From: Lophium mytilinum
Lineage: Eukaryota
NCBI GenBank assembly: GCA_010093605.1
Contig: MU004191.1
Coordinates: 1,162,816 to 1,226,815 of the forward strand
Direction: 5' to 3'
Length of the DNA: 64,000 nucleotides
The notes under the pieces are model-generated. The model was given only the letters and a program-made list of their open reading frames with translations. It was not told the DNA's origin and did no database searches. Below are positions 13,827 to 27,322 of this stretch, one piece after another (position 1 is the stretch's first letter; each line of letters starts with the position of its first letter). A program made the translations under genes and the position numbers.

Positions 13827-14397
13827 ATGCCTCGCGGAAACGCTGCACAGACCAAGGTCCACTACAAGGGCGCCGAGGACGACTACGTGATCTTCGTCGA
13901 CAGCGCCAAGGCGGTGGCGGAGTGGAAGGAGGACAAGACAATCCCGCTGTCGAGTGTGGTCAGCGGATGGAAGGTGTTTGTCACCCACAAGTAGGTTTTC
14001 TCCCTCTCCATCTCGTATGATCGGAACTTCAAGCCCCTCTTCTGAGGCTCGTAAGCCTTGTTGTTGCGAGTAAGACAACTTGTGTTGCATCGACACGGGA
14101 GCACTGCTAGCACCATTGAATCTGGAGACACGTAAGCTCACGCAACAACTCCCACAGGCAAGGCACCCAAGGCATCCTCGACGCAGCCTCAAACGGCTCG
14201 CTAGAGGGCGAGTTCGGCACGCACAAGGACGACGACGTGGTCAAGGCCATTCTGGAGAAGGGCACCGTGCAGGAGACTGAGGTATGTCACCCCCCCTCCA
14301 TTGTCTCCGCCCCCAACCTCGCTGACCGGTCTATTTACAGAACGCCGAGCGCCAAGGCGACCGGAACATTGCGAACGGCGGCACGGTAGCCCACTGA
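13827..14397 (+). CDS. RTC3: SBDS N-terminal-domain protein (Rtc3-like); 3 exons
   Basis: MPRGNAAQTKVHYKGAEDDYVIFVDS...WKEDKTIPLSSVVSGWKVFVTHK/QGTQGILDAASNGSLEGEFGT...ILEKG. Introns at 13991-14157 and about 14282-14340. Confidence 0.85.
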
Positions 14398-15121
14398 GCG
14401 GTGGATAGCGATGGCTGCGAGCGCAGAGGCTTCTCGGATATCAGAGATGAGCGGTCGGTGGTAGACCGCTTGCCGGCGTGGGGACGGGTGAATCGGCATT
14501 GGCACTCCTGCGTACTGCCTACTCGGTAGCATTGGTAGGGTGTTATTCTCTGGAATATGAAGAAAAGGAATGATATCAAATGAATTGGACGCATTGCATG
14601 CTTGTACGGTTCGTGGTGAATACGTTGAGGTGCGATTCGTGATGACTCTGTTGAGTTTCGACGGTGTCTGCCGTTGCCTGATTGCCTACAGAAAGCAATT
14701 GACTAATATCTCGCCTATAAAGTACACCTACGATTGACACGTTACCTGTCGCATCGGAGGACTGAACTCCAACTAGCGAACCGAAATGCCAAAAAAACGT
14801 CGGGTTACTAACTTCCGCATGCAGGTGGCTGCCTACGGCACTGACTACGTCTATCACTGCGCCATGGTACTACCAATGGTGACAGAAGCACAGAATATTA
14901 TGAATTCCAAGGTTTGGTTGATCTCCTCACTACAACATATTCTCACTTCACATATCACTTCTCACCTTCTAGAAGACGCAAGAGCAAGGATGAATCGTCC
15001 TCTTGAAAGTGTGCACGTAACTAAGCATTCCTTTAGAAACGCAATATACAATTATAGCTATATACACGACCATCATCCTCTCTGAAACTTCACCTCTACT
15101 ATCAACCGCTCGCAGCCCTTC

Positions 15122-16173
15122 TCACCCCGACGCCTGCAACAACGGTGACCGCTCACTCGCCCCATTCCCATGCCCATTCGCCTCCCCACTCGCCGCCCCC
15201 TCCGCCCCCTTCTTCCTCCTCCAATCCCTCACCACAAACGAAATCCCCATCCCCAGCAACACCCCCTGCAAGCACCCCGTCACAATATATAAGCCCCACG
15301 CACTCCACCCCTCCCTCCCCAGCCGCGCCGCCAAGCTCGCCGCCCACACAAAGCTCCCCGGCGTCTGGATGCACATCATCGGGATGCTCAGACTCAGCAC
15401 CTCCTGCAGGCGCCACGTGGTCCAGATCTGCGGGATGTACTGGATGGACGCGAGGATGGTGCCCAGGATGCCGAGGAAGTTGGCCCAGCCTTGGAGGTGC
15501 GCGGGCGCGGCGTAGATGAAGACGAGGGAGGTGAGGAAGGCGAAGAGGAAGAAGGCGAGGGAGAAGAGGAGGACGAGGATGGCTTCGGCCCAGGTGGGAA
15601 TGCTTTCGTGGTCGGGGGAGGAGGATGGCGAGGTGGGAGTGGTAGGAGTGGGTGTCGAGGGGCGTGAGGGGCGGCGCGGGAAGAAGATGAGGAAGAGGAG
15701 CATGCTGTAGGCAGCCCGGTCTCGTTAGCGCGAGCTCGTCGATCTAAATGATGTTGGTGAAGGGGAGGGGTACGAACATGAAGAAGAAACAAGTCCACTG
15801 CACGCCCACTTGCGCCACCCCCAGCATCGCCGCTGCGCACGCGAACCGGCTGATCTCGGTGCAGCACGCCATGTCAGCGCGGCTGGCGGGGAGCGTGAGG
15901 ATGTTTGCGATGGCGGCGGTGCCGGAGACGGTGCCGAGGAGGACGAACATGGGCGAGAGGCCGAGTGAGGAGCGCCGGCTGATGATGCGGTAGTGTTGGG
16001 GGAGGTAGGAGATTAATATGCCGATGAGGATGAAGCTTGGATTTTCAGTGAGCTTTGTGCATTATGGCAGTTAAGGGGGAGTCGACGTACACTGATACAG
16101 CGAAGTTCCCGACGTCTGGAGACTCCAGCTGGTCACAGTGGGAGCTCTTTGACGCTGAGGGCAACGTCATCAT
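15122..16173 (-). CDS. PQ-loop repeat membrane protein; 3 exons
   Basis: Two PQ motifs (ISYLPQHYRI, IQYIPQIWTT), several hydrophobic helices, and a C-terminal dileucine-type sorting motif ERSPLL. Confidence 0.85.
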
Positions 16174-19100
16174 GGCGGGAGTGGTGGAGGTGGTACGGGA
16201 CTGATTATATTGGAATGCTCAGTTATTGGAGTTCCGATTAGTTGTCTAGTGTCTTTTGCGAAGCTTCAAGCCGTCCATGGCTGGTTAAAAGGCGTTTGTA
16301 GATGCATTCGTTGGAGGTAAACAGCCCTGACAGCTCGGAGCTGTCGTCGCGGTTGGATGGTTTCGGGAGTATGTCGGGCCGATGAGCCAATCAGAGAGCC
16401 GATTTCGACCATGCTTTCATCTCATATCGATCGAGATGTATATTTCCCCTGCACTAAGGTGGTGGCTAGCAGGATCATTACCTATAGCTTTTGCTATGGT
16501 AGTACCACCGCCGAGGCTCCCTTGAACGTGCCAGCTTCTACTAAAACCTCAATATCGAGACCCTGACACGTGCCTGATTTCCACTCTCCTGCCTCGACGG
16601 TAAAAGATGAAGCTTTGAATCAGACTCTAGTCAAGAGGCCGACCAGAGAGACAACTCCAGCCCAGTCAAAATTTTAGCACCTGCTCTGGGCTCTGCACTT
16701 TTCAGCGTTTTGTCGGGAGGTTAAAGGTAGATCGGCTCAGAATGTGTATATTATGGTCCGGATTATCTTTGATCTCGTTGATCGCCGTGGTTGCGCTAGC
16801 TCAAGGGGTTTTAAAGGCCGGGTCGACTACTCCAAATGTTCTAACTATGAACTGGATGCCCGCCACGTCGCTATCCTAGATTTCTTCTACAAGGCTCACT
16901 CTCCTAGGCATTCTCCTTTGTTCTCGCCTGACGGCCGTTCCGGTATAGTCCTTCTTAGTTGACCTATGTGGTACGATCACCATTACCCTGTGTGATGCTC
17001 ATAGGGCATGAAAGTCTATACTCTGGAGTATCCCACGTTTTAACCCGTGTAAGTGGATGGAAGTCGGGGAGATATTTTGGTAGGTTGGGTGGTTGTGTGT
17101 AAAGCAAAGACGGGCCACACAGTAGAGGAACCGTGTTATTGAAGGACCGAGTTGTAGTCATAAGCGGTGTTTGTGACAGATCGCATCGTTGGTCTGCTTG
17201 TAAATGTGTATAATTTCTCCTTAGGTGGAGACAGGGGAAAGGCTCTGTCTCTGGTTAATTTGAGACTGAAGGCCGACAGTCCTGGTAGAAGAGAGAGTGA
17301 GAGAATATGCTTTCAGACATTGTGCTCCTAGAAATGCAAGGTCTTAGCCTCGAACGGAAATAAAACGCTTCTACGATGTAGCGAGGTACGCTGGGCAAAG
17401 TTCCCGTCTGGACTACTTTAAATGGTTGTTACGAAGCGTCATGACTCCAAGGTGCCGCAGCTATTGAAAACCGAGTGAATGGAACAAATAGACGAGCCAT
17501 CAGAGTAATGACAGCTCACCCTCAGTTTGGTCCAGAGACTGGGGACTGGCATCCGCTGACCGAGCTGCTGCCAAGTGGATCGCCACTATCAGACGCCTCC
17601 ATCCCACGCCGCGCCTGTACATACAACACTAAACAGGCAGTGGGAGCGAGGACGAGGAAAGCCTCTCCGCAGGCGGCGCATATCGTTGTTCCAGCAAGCG
17701 ACCTAGACTGTGGCTTATACTAACGCGTAGTGTGCTTAGCTGCCACACAAAGCATGAAAAGGGTGCCACTCAAATTCCCGGAACAGTTTTGGAAGTCGTC
17801 GTGATTGAGTGCGCCTATATGCCATTGCTTTAAGCTACTTGAAGCACTCCAAGCAGTGATAAACAGGCGTATAGAAACAACTGTACAAGTCAGTACTCTG
17901 ATGAGCGGACCACTTTTCAAGTCCCAGCGTCTCTCCTCATACAGGAGCGGACAGCCGGGCGAAACCAAGATGTCAGCGGATGAATGACGCCTGGACTGTT
18001 GGTTTTGTGTGTGTTGGTGTGTATCTGTGTTATGTTATGCAGAGGCGGGATGGAAGAAGCAAACCAGTGGTGAAAGCCGGAGCTGGTCAGTTCACCGGTC
18101 CACATGTGGTGTAACTCGAGCTATTTCTTGTGCAGGCTTGGCGGCATAAGGCTGTGAGGGCTGTCCTGGTGTAGCGACGGACGGACGTCAGCCCTGTGAA
18201 AGGAATAGTCAAAGTCAAAGAAGCACCGGAACCTGACACATACATTCGTTGCTGCATGTTGGTGGCGGAGAAATATGACGGGAGACGGAATCGTACATGT
18301 CCTAAAGTACCATAGATATTCACATGGTATAGCAAGACGGCTGCGGTCAGTCATACCAAATAAGCACCATTGATTTCTGCATGTTGTGTAACCATACTTC
18401 GACATCACGAAACGCATATTAGCTGGGAAACCAGGAACTCAAGCCAGTACTGCCACCACGGTGGAAAGATTTAGGTAGCGGTGCAACCTACTTCAGAGCG
18501 TGTCAATGCCCATATTCCGAGTCAAGAGACGCTCCGGGCCGCACAATCCGGGCGCTGAAACCTTGTCAATACGGCGTAGGCGGACACGTCTCTCCCTAGG
18601 ATAAGTAGCAACGCATGATGAAAGCTCGGTCTTCGACGGAGATGTTGTAGAGTACTAAATGGGTTAGCAGTGTTGGGACTTACATGGGGCTGGGCGCTTA
18701 GAACTCCAGCTTCGCTACGACGGGGCCTTGCTCGGAATCTTGAAGCCGAGGAGATTGAGGTATTGTTCCTGGGGGGTTGATTATGCTTTCACGGGGGCAG
18801 TGGCCCAAACTGAGTAGGGCAGGGCCCTTCTGCACCCCACTGTCATCTGAGTTGTGGTGGACGCAGGGTGACGAGGATTTTCAAACCCTCCTGAACCAGA
18901 CGCGAGTCGGATGTGACGATGCTAACGCACTTCTGCACGATTGCGGCGCGGAAAACAAGCGCGAAGGCGCAGAATAAACGGTGAAGACAGCACACCCCCT
19001 GCGTGCGGCGGGTGAATTGACTCTCCACACTCTAGGCCTGCCAGGCAGGACTTCGGTGAGAATGAGGGAGCTCCCAACGACACTCATTCACTGCCTGGAA

Positions 19101-19725
19101 GTGGAGCTCGGGCGAGCAGATGACACAAGGCAGGCAGAAACCAACTGCTTCGACGCTGGCCCCCCATCCAACATATGCAGGCCGTTGCTGGAAGTAGTAC
19201 CGTGTAGAGGCCGACCGAAGGAATTGGTGCTGGGCCTGGTGCAGGAGAGGTTGGCGATCAATGACATGCATATGGCCACGCTCCCGGTGTGATTGATGCG
19301 CGCAACGCGCTCCGGCGTCTATCGAGATTCCGGCACAGTGTTCCTGCCTTCATTTGGCGCAAGAGGGCCACGTAGCTTGCGGGTCTGTTTCCTCTCACTG
19401 TCACTCACACCGACGAGAGTCAGCCGGGGCAAAGTTGCTGCCGCAATGGCAGCCTCGGGCAAGCAGAGGTTGGAGTCGTTACTCGGTGCGGTATGGATTG
19501 TGAAGGCCGGCCCTGCTGCAGTAGCTCCGCATCATGCAGGCTGCAAAGACCAGATGAAACTGCCGACGCCTGCCCTTCTGCCATGTCCCAAAGCGGTTCA
19601 CGATCCTGATGGTGGCCCCCGCGCCGTGGAAAGTGATGGCAGGGAGCCGTGACGCGCCCGCGACGCTCCCGTGAAGTTCTCGGGAGAGAGGCACAGAGGC
19701 CGCAGGCTGTGGAGAAGCTGCTAGA

Positions 19726-19780
19726 CACGGTCCCAACACGGGTCCAGCACGGGTCCAGTACGATTCCAGCACGATTCCAT
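19726..19780. repeat. 11-bp minisatellite, 5 degenerate copies
   Basis: cacggtcccaa cacgggtccag cacgggtccag tacgattccag cacgattccat. Confidence 0.8.
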
Positions 19781-20560
19781 GGTGCCCCACGGCGGCGGGT
19801 GGCAGGCCAGTTGAGTCAGGCTGGCGGAGATTTCAGCGATTTGGTCTGTCTTGGGGCCCGCGATCAACCTCCACCGTTGTGTTGGTGGCTGGCCTAAACC
19901 TGCTGCGCCGGTGCGCTGGAGCTGGGAGACGGCTAGGGCCTCCCAGCGCGCTGAAGCGGCGTGCCGGATGGGCGACAGAGAGCGAGGATGCGGTCGCTAG
20001 GACGTCCACCGGCGCTTACAACCCCGGGGGCGCTCGCTCGACGGCCGCTGTGGCCAAGGTGATTGGGCCTGCAGCGCAGTCTGTCGCGCACGGTTTGGGT
20101 TCGCCAGCTCGAGGCCCGAGTGCTGGCGAGTGGGAGAGGAGGCGGAGGCAGAGGCGTCGTCGGCGTGAAGGGCCAAGGGACGGGAGCGAAGCACAAGAAA
20201 GAAAGTCACCACCAACGCTGCCCATACCACTACGACACGACGCGCAGAGCCCCAGAGGCCCCCCCATCCCATCCTCCTCCAGCAGCCTTGTCCCCACCGC
20301 CGCCTGCATCAGTCCAACAATCCCGTGCTACTGCGTCTCTGCGGCCGCCCTCCGTCCTGCTTCTTAACAGCGTCGCCTGCCCGCAACCGCCGCCGCTCCC
20401 TCCACAACACCTCGCCCTGCTACGCGCCGCCTGATTCGCCCACGCCCCTTCGCTCGCCCACCCGCCTTGTCGAGTGCTGCATCCGCGTCCTCGACGAGCG
20501 CAAAGCGTGCTGAAGCCGGCAGCTCGACCGCGGCGCAGCGCTGGCTGCACGACTCCCCCA

Positions 20561-23006
20561 ATGGCAACGGCCACGCAGCTGATGCCCTTGCCGACCCAGG
20601 GCCTGAAGTCGGCCTTCAGCCCTTATACCGACTCTCCCAGCTCGCCCGCTCCCTTCCCCCACTCCGTCTACTCCAACAGGTGAGAGGCTCTGCAGCAGCT
20701 TTGCACGCGCCCCTACTGATGGCCGACTCCCCAAGATCCTCCGGCACCACCTCTGACCATCTGCACCCGCCCCCGAGTCCCTATCCCGCCCACGTCGACC
20801 CCTCGCCCGTCGACAGCAATGGCACCGTCTCCACCGAGGTAACACCAATTGCTCCCGCTGATAGACACCTGCTAAGCGCGCGCAGATCGAGGACGAGTCG
20901 CAGGAGAACCCGCCCAGCGAGGATGAGATGAGCGACTTCCGCTCTCCCGACATGGACGACCTGACCAGTCCGTCCAGCCAGGGCAGCCTCGGAAAGGTAG
21001 TGTTCGAGCCTCGAGATGCGCGGACATCTCTAAACATGTCACAGCTGGCAAAGCTTGAGACCATGATACCGACGCGCGCCCGCTCCAACTCGGATGAGGC
21101 ACCGCAGTCGGTCATCCACGCGCCGACTGACTTCAAGACTTTTGTGAGCACTCAGCCATCGCATGCCAACCTGAAATACACGCTGACAGCTGCCAGCAAC
21201 CCCGGAAGTCTGTCGCCATCACCCAAACCCAAACGCCGCCGTCCGCCCTGTCCAACAACACGTCTGATAAGTCCGACAACACTGTTGTGACAGGCTCGCC
21301 CGTCACACCTGAGTCTCATAAGCATCCAGATGAGAAGGTATGGCAGAGAGGCCTTACAGGACTAGGTGTGACACGCGTGACTGAGCAATCACAGCAGAGA
21401 CAATCTGCCGTTTCTATGATGTCTCCCATCGACACCTCAATCATCGTTCCGCAAGGATCTTTCGACCGATCTACCCCTCGCGCTCAAACTCGCCAGGAAG
21501 TCGAGGACGAGTGGCGGCGGTCGCGCAGCCGGGCAAGCACCAACTTAGAAGGTAAATATTGCCCTGCGCGCTATTCTGAGCTAGCTGACGCCACGATTAG
21601 ATATCTTAGAATCCGAAGACTTTGGCACTCAGACTCAAGATGACAACACCTCGGTCGTTTCTATGGGCACCCAGACACTAGGGGAGGCCCTCCTGGACAT
21701 CAACGAGCAAGAGTTGGAGGTTGCGTCGCTCAAGAATGCTCTGAGCGAGTGTTGGACTCTTTGTAATACCCTGGCAAGACTTAGCCAAAATCACCGCGAG
21801 CGCATGTTCCAGTACTCGGGCGGAGAGGGGGAAGCGCAAGAGCAAGCTTGGCGAAGCTGCTGGCGATTGTGCCAAAAACTCTATGAGAGCCGGAACGAGG
21901 ACCACGCCAGCCAGGTGAAGCCCACTCTAGAGCTGTGTCGCGAGTTTTGCCAGGCACTCTTTGAGGTACGCCAGCGGGGAGACGAAGCATCGGACTCGGT
22001 TCTCCGTGTCAGCTTTGAGCTTAACAACCACCTTTATAACACACACGACCGACAGTTACCGGAGGCCTTTAGAGAGCGGACGTTAGATTTCTACTTGACT
22101 CTATGCCACAGACTAATGAAGCAGAGAACGTCGCTACCAGAAGAGACTGACGCCCTACTGCGAGCGTGCTGGTCGCTTGCGGAAATGCTATTTAGCATAC
22201 GGCAAAACACCAGGGATGGCAAGCCTGCTGACGAAGAAATTCTCGGATCAGCCATCCAAGCGTGCTGGGAGCTCTGCGACCTGTTCAGAGAGGGTTGGAC
22301 TCAAATACGCCCCGAAAGAGGAACACCGAGACCAAGCCAGTACACGTTCCCCGCCTCCATAAGCCAAAGCTCGCGCTCTGAGAGGTCCATAGTTCAGTCC
22401 GATCGCTCGTCACTAGACGAGAGCTACCACAGCGCCGTCTCGATGAACCCTGAAACTCCTACAACCATATTCGATGACCGCGACGAACTCTCCCCCGCTG
22501 AAGAGCAAAATGTGCCTAATATCCTCGTCCTTGGCCCCGAAGCAGGAGCAACCCGTACCCACAATCGTTGGTCCTCGGCTGCTTCCACCCTCTCCGGCTA
22601 CTCTGAATCCTCCCAACGCACCTCCTCCACCGCAACCGCCGGTCGTGAAGACCCTCATCTCATCCGCCTCAAAGCCCTCATCATCAAAGCCGCAATGAAC
22701 GCTGGCTACACCCGTGGCCAACCTCTCCCGAACTATGTGAAGTCTCTTCCGGCGAATGCATTCGGTTCGACACAATGGCAAACCCAGCTACTGGAGTCGT
22801 ATCGGAAATGCGTGCTGACTGATCCCGCCCTACGGAATGCACATGCTGTACCTCCAAAACGCCTGAGTGCCGGTGAGGTGGCGCGAGCAGTGCAATGGAT
22901 GCGGAAAAACGAGCAATTCGCTTGGATGAGAGACCTGTTCCGGTTCGTGTTCGGATTCTACCCCGAAGTTGCGGACGCCAGGAAAAACATCGTCATCTCG
23001 ACATGA
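20561..23006 (+). CDS. Fungal protein of unknown function with a helical Cys/Trp-repeat core; 5 exons
   Basis: Canonical introns (20680-20735, 20839-20885, about 21143-21197, 21552-21600) join the frames into one ORF. Recurrent CWxLC motifs (ECWTLCNTL, SCWRLCQKL, ACWELCDL). Confidence 0.8.
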
Positions 23007-23776
23007 TGATCACCATCACTAGCCGGCCGAATCCTTCAATGGCATGTCGACGGCGTTTCTCCTTGATCCCCTCGCCCCAAAGGAGTCACTACTATACTGC
23101 ACCACACAACCCACTATATGGATTAGGCATCAAAACTTTGAAATTTTGCCACGCCATAAACATCCCTACAATCCACCTCTCTTATGTTTCGGATATAAGC
23201 CCTGCACAGCGGGCTTTACTTTCCCAATGAAACTGGGAATCACCACTCCCATGGACCCATCGCGGCCCACGCATCATTTGTTCTAGCGCTACTTGGATTA
23301 ATTATCAACCCTCACCTTTCATGGGCCGGCTATCTCCTTTACCATTTCCTCGTTTTTGGGCCACATTGGGCGGGCTCGCTAGCATCATCGTCATCTATCT
23401 CGTCTCGTGTGTCATCGCCTTTTCTATTGCTTTATTCTGGGCATCGCGATATACCCTTAACGCTCTTTATGCGTCGATTGGTCTGCTAGTTTGTTTTCGG
23501 GCAGAAAGGCGGTAGAGAAAGGGAACATGGGAGGTAGCTGTTTGTTTGGTTTGGTTGGAGGAGGTTTTTTGAGTGATTGGGATCTATGGCGTTGGGGGAG
23601 GTTGGATTAAAGCGGAAAGTGAGGGTGGGTGGCTTCACTTCTTATGTGTATAATTCCCCCAAGAGAGCGATGGGCGCGCGGATAGGCCATGTAGAAGAAG
23701 GCTCGCGAAATCTATTCCGCTGGATAAGATGACATGGATGGTTGTTGCATGTTGTCCATACCACATACTCACTAAT

Positions 23777-24348
23777 GCGGTTGATTTGGTTGAACCTTGT
23801 AACTGGACTTCAAATCTTAGTAAGTAGAGGTGCTCCGACAGCTCTGTTTGAACCTCTTGACGAGATCCTGATCTAGGCCCTGTCGCTTTCCAAATAGAAA
23901 AAGTGTTGCAAAGTGGGCACGCAGTGTACCCCTAGGCGTCTATCCAAATTCCCCTTAAGCAGTTGATTTGGTTGAAGCTTGTAACTGGATTTACAATCCA
24001 GTCAGCAGAGGTGCTCTAATAGCTTTATCTAAACCTCTTGACAAACGCCTGATTTAGGCCCTGTTGCTTTCTAGATAGAAAAAGTGTTGCAAAATAGGCT
24101 CGCAGCGTGGCACGTTGCGTCTTATAAAAACCGCTCTTGCGCGGTTGATTTTGTTAGAATTTGTAATTAGGCTTTGAATCCAGTAAGCAGAGGTACTCCA
24201 ACAGCTTTGTTTAAAGCTTTTGACAAGGTCCTGATCTAGGTCTCGTCGCTTTCTAGATGGAAAACGTGTTGCAAAGGCACGCAGCGTACCCCTCAGCGTC
24301 TATCAAAATATTGTCTCACGCGGTTGATTCTGTAACAACTTGTCACAG
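23777..24348. repeat. ~180-bp tandem repeat, three full copies plus a partial fourth
   Basis: Units start at 23777, 23959, 24141 and 24320 (gcrgttgatt...). Shared blocks include agaggtrctc, cctgatytagg and gtgttgcaaa. Confidence 0.92.
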
Positions 24349-25169
24349 AAAGGCAGTCTTTGGGCGGCGGTGGTGCTTCGCAAGGCGTGTCGTGATCCTA
24401 AATCCGAGGAGCTGATTTGAAGGCTGATGCAAAGGGATACCTACCCTACAGAGAACCCCCGTCCAGGTATCATTTATTGTAAATAGCGGAACCCACGCTA
24501 GCATCACTCACATCACCCTTCACCAAATGTCAGACTAATGTCCATTCTAAAACACGAAACAGGTGTTTGGGGTATCCTCGTATTAAGATCGTTTGTTCTC
24601 GACCCGTAGGCTCGACGTCGTCGTCGAATCCCACCCTTTACTAGCTAACTGTACACACATCCACCGAATCTCCTCCCAACAACGCCATCAAATAGAAAAA
24701 AGCAACAGGAGAATCGTGATGAAATCCGTTAATCGCACAGGAGCACCCCCGACCCTGGGCAGCCCTCTCGGTTCTAAAGTTTTTTTCGGCTCGCTCGCCC
24801 TAGTCCTAGTCCTAGCAGTGATTATTCCCAAGCGCAGACCGCCGCGCGTTTCGTAGGTATCGTGACAACCCCCAATTATGAGGGTGAGAAACAGCAACCT
24901 GAGAGATATAAGGAGAAAATAGGGGAGGACAAAAAGATTCGTTTTCCAGAGATTCGAGACACCCACTCCACTAGATTTGAGTGATTGTCTACTAAGAAAG
25001 AACAAAAGATGTTCAGTCAGCCGCCCATGAAGTGGAGGAATTTAGTAAAGAGTAAGCCGCGCTTATTTAGTGCATATAAGAACAATTATCAAGTAAAAAC
25101 GTTCGAGATTCCGTATAACCTGGGGGGGGGTGGGGGGGGTCACAATAATCGGACCCAGCGTCAGGTCCA

Positions 25170-27322
25170 TCAGTACGTGAAATGCTGTGACTGAGAAAGC
25201 GGATTCGGCGCCACATATTGCGGGTTTGGCGCCACATAATACGCCTGGTACGGGTGCTGCGGCATGGCGAAATCGGCCGTGGCAAGCAAGGGGTTCAGTA
25301 TGCCCACGGGCGGACGCGGTCTTGCAGGCGGTGCTGGCGGTAGCGAGGTTGCCTGCATCGGCTGAAGCGTGACTTGAGGCTGCAAGGTTTGCTGCTGTTG
25401 ATACTGCATATTCGCCGGATTCTGCATAGTAGTGGCGAAGTTTTGTTGCTGTTGCTGCTGCGGCGGCGGTTGCACGGGGTCCTCGTTCCAGCCCCATTTC
25501 TCCTTTAGCTCGCTATTGAGGAAGCCGACACGCCATCCGGTTTCCTGGCGGATCTTGTCGAAGATTTGCAGTACTTCTTCTTGCTCGCGGCGGGTGGTGA
25601 GACACTCGGCGGCTATGGCGAGAGATCGGAGGGCGACACTTGCGACACCACTAAGTCCAATTTAGTAAATTATACGCATATCTTAAGACTTTACACGTAC
25701 CGGTCTTTGACGTGTGCCGTTATACCGCAGATCAGCTGCGAATGCTTAATTTGCAGCTCTCGCATTTCATCGTCCTCTGGGCCTTTGTAAGGATTGATCT
25801 GAGCAAGTAGACACATGCAAGTGTGGTAGAAAAGGCGGGCAACTATGGTTGTCCGCTTGATGAGCCAGACTTCTGGGAAGGCCGATTGGGATATCGTTTG
25901 TCCGGGGAAGAGATACGCCATTGGATGCATGGTTCGTGGGATACCCTCGTTCCAAGCATCGGCCCAGTTTTTCAGTCTCTGCCATTCGCGGTAGCGGTTT
26001 TCCAGCCGCATGTGCTCATTTCGCGGCGAGGCCTCCTGGTGCCGTGGGATCGTGGCGCGGAAATTCGCAACCTTGGCCACAATATACACAATTCGGTACG
26101 TCCAGATCTCTTCTCGTCCAGATTCTGTTTCTTGCGAAAAGTCCATGTTGACACCCCATTCATCGGGATCCCAAGCTACTTGCCAATTAAAGTGGAGGCA
26201 ACTGAGCAGCTCCATACCAACATTCAGCCAGAAGCAAGCGGCGCCAATTCCAGTCGACCGAGCATTCCAGCCACATTCTTTGATTAACGCGCGAGCTCCT
26301 GCGATGTGGTTCATCCTTTGCAACGCCCTTTCACACATGATCTCGTAAACGTTCAGAATCACCGCGGTAGTGGCGCAGATCACGGTGTCTCTATTAGGAT
26401 TCTGCAGCGAGTTAAGTAAATACCTCGTTGCGGTGTCATAGTAATGCAAAGCTTTGTCTTCGGTATATTTCGGATTGACGAGGGCGAGATGTCTCGCTCC
26501 GCATGCTAGAAAAGCATTGAGAAGCATGGGTTCGCCAAGGGCGTGGAACGGCAGTAGTCGCGAGAACTAGAAAAGAATAGTCAGCAACGTTCGTAAGCCG
26601 GAATTATCACGAAGTCAAGAGCATACGTGTTTCGTAGGATCCATGCTGTCCATCCACAAGCCGACCTCTTCAACAAACACTTGCATGAACAGCACCTCCT
26701 CTTGAGTGTCCAAATAATCACGCGCTCCTTCCACAGGCGTTGCAGGCTGCTCGGTATTTCCGTACGAAGATGAACCTCCGGGAAGATGTGAGCCAGAGTA
26801 AGTGGACTCCGTATGTGAATGCGCGTGCTGGTGTGAAGGCTCTCGTTGCGGTTCAAACATGCCATTTTGCTGATCGTCCGCAAAAGGGTCAGGTAGAATA
26901 CCTTGGATGGGTGGGAGAGGTTGGTGTGCAATAGATGTTGGAGGGGGGATGCCAGCCGAAAAATCGAATGCCATGCCGTTCTCAACCGGAGCAGGCGGGT
27001 CCAAGTCAAGGGCGCTGTATTTACTTAATCCGCCTTTATATTCGTTGGCAATCTCCCTGGACTCGTCTAAAAAGCTGACAGTCCATTCCTGAGTGGGCGG
27101 GACTTCCGGAGGAGCTTTCACATGAGTGTCGATGAAGTTGAGCCGTACACCACGCTTACACTGGCGATTCGATTTCTTACAATTTTGACATATAGGCAAT
27201 GCCTCGTCGCATTTCAAATGCCGTTCCCTGCACGTCAAACATCCTGTGCGGACCCTCTTCGGCTTGTTCACAGCCTGGGCTGCATCTGCGGCGGGTGTGG
27301 TCGCAGCCTCGTTTCCCGCCAT
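25170..27322 (-). CDS. Zn(II)2Cys6 transcription factor with a Fungal_trans_2-type domain; 3 exons
   Basis: KPKRVRTGCLTCRERHLKCDEALPICQNCKKSNRQC. The middle domain has LLNAFLACGARHL and the C-terminus is Q-rich. Introns at about 26567-26627 and 25651-25700. The first in-frame ATG is at 27322. Confidence 0.92.

Noticed and set aside
23777..24348. Tandem repeat considered as a CRISPR array, a tRNA/5S cluster or a coding repeat
   Set aside because: The context is eukaryotic, whole units are homologous with no unique spacers, no tRNA or 5S features are visible, and the period is not divisible by 3.
25120..25140. G-rich run as a G-quadruplex element
   Set aside because: A simple homopolymer tract in a 3' UTR with no further support.
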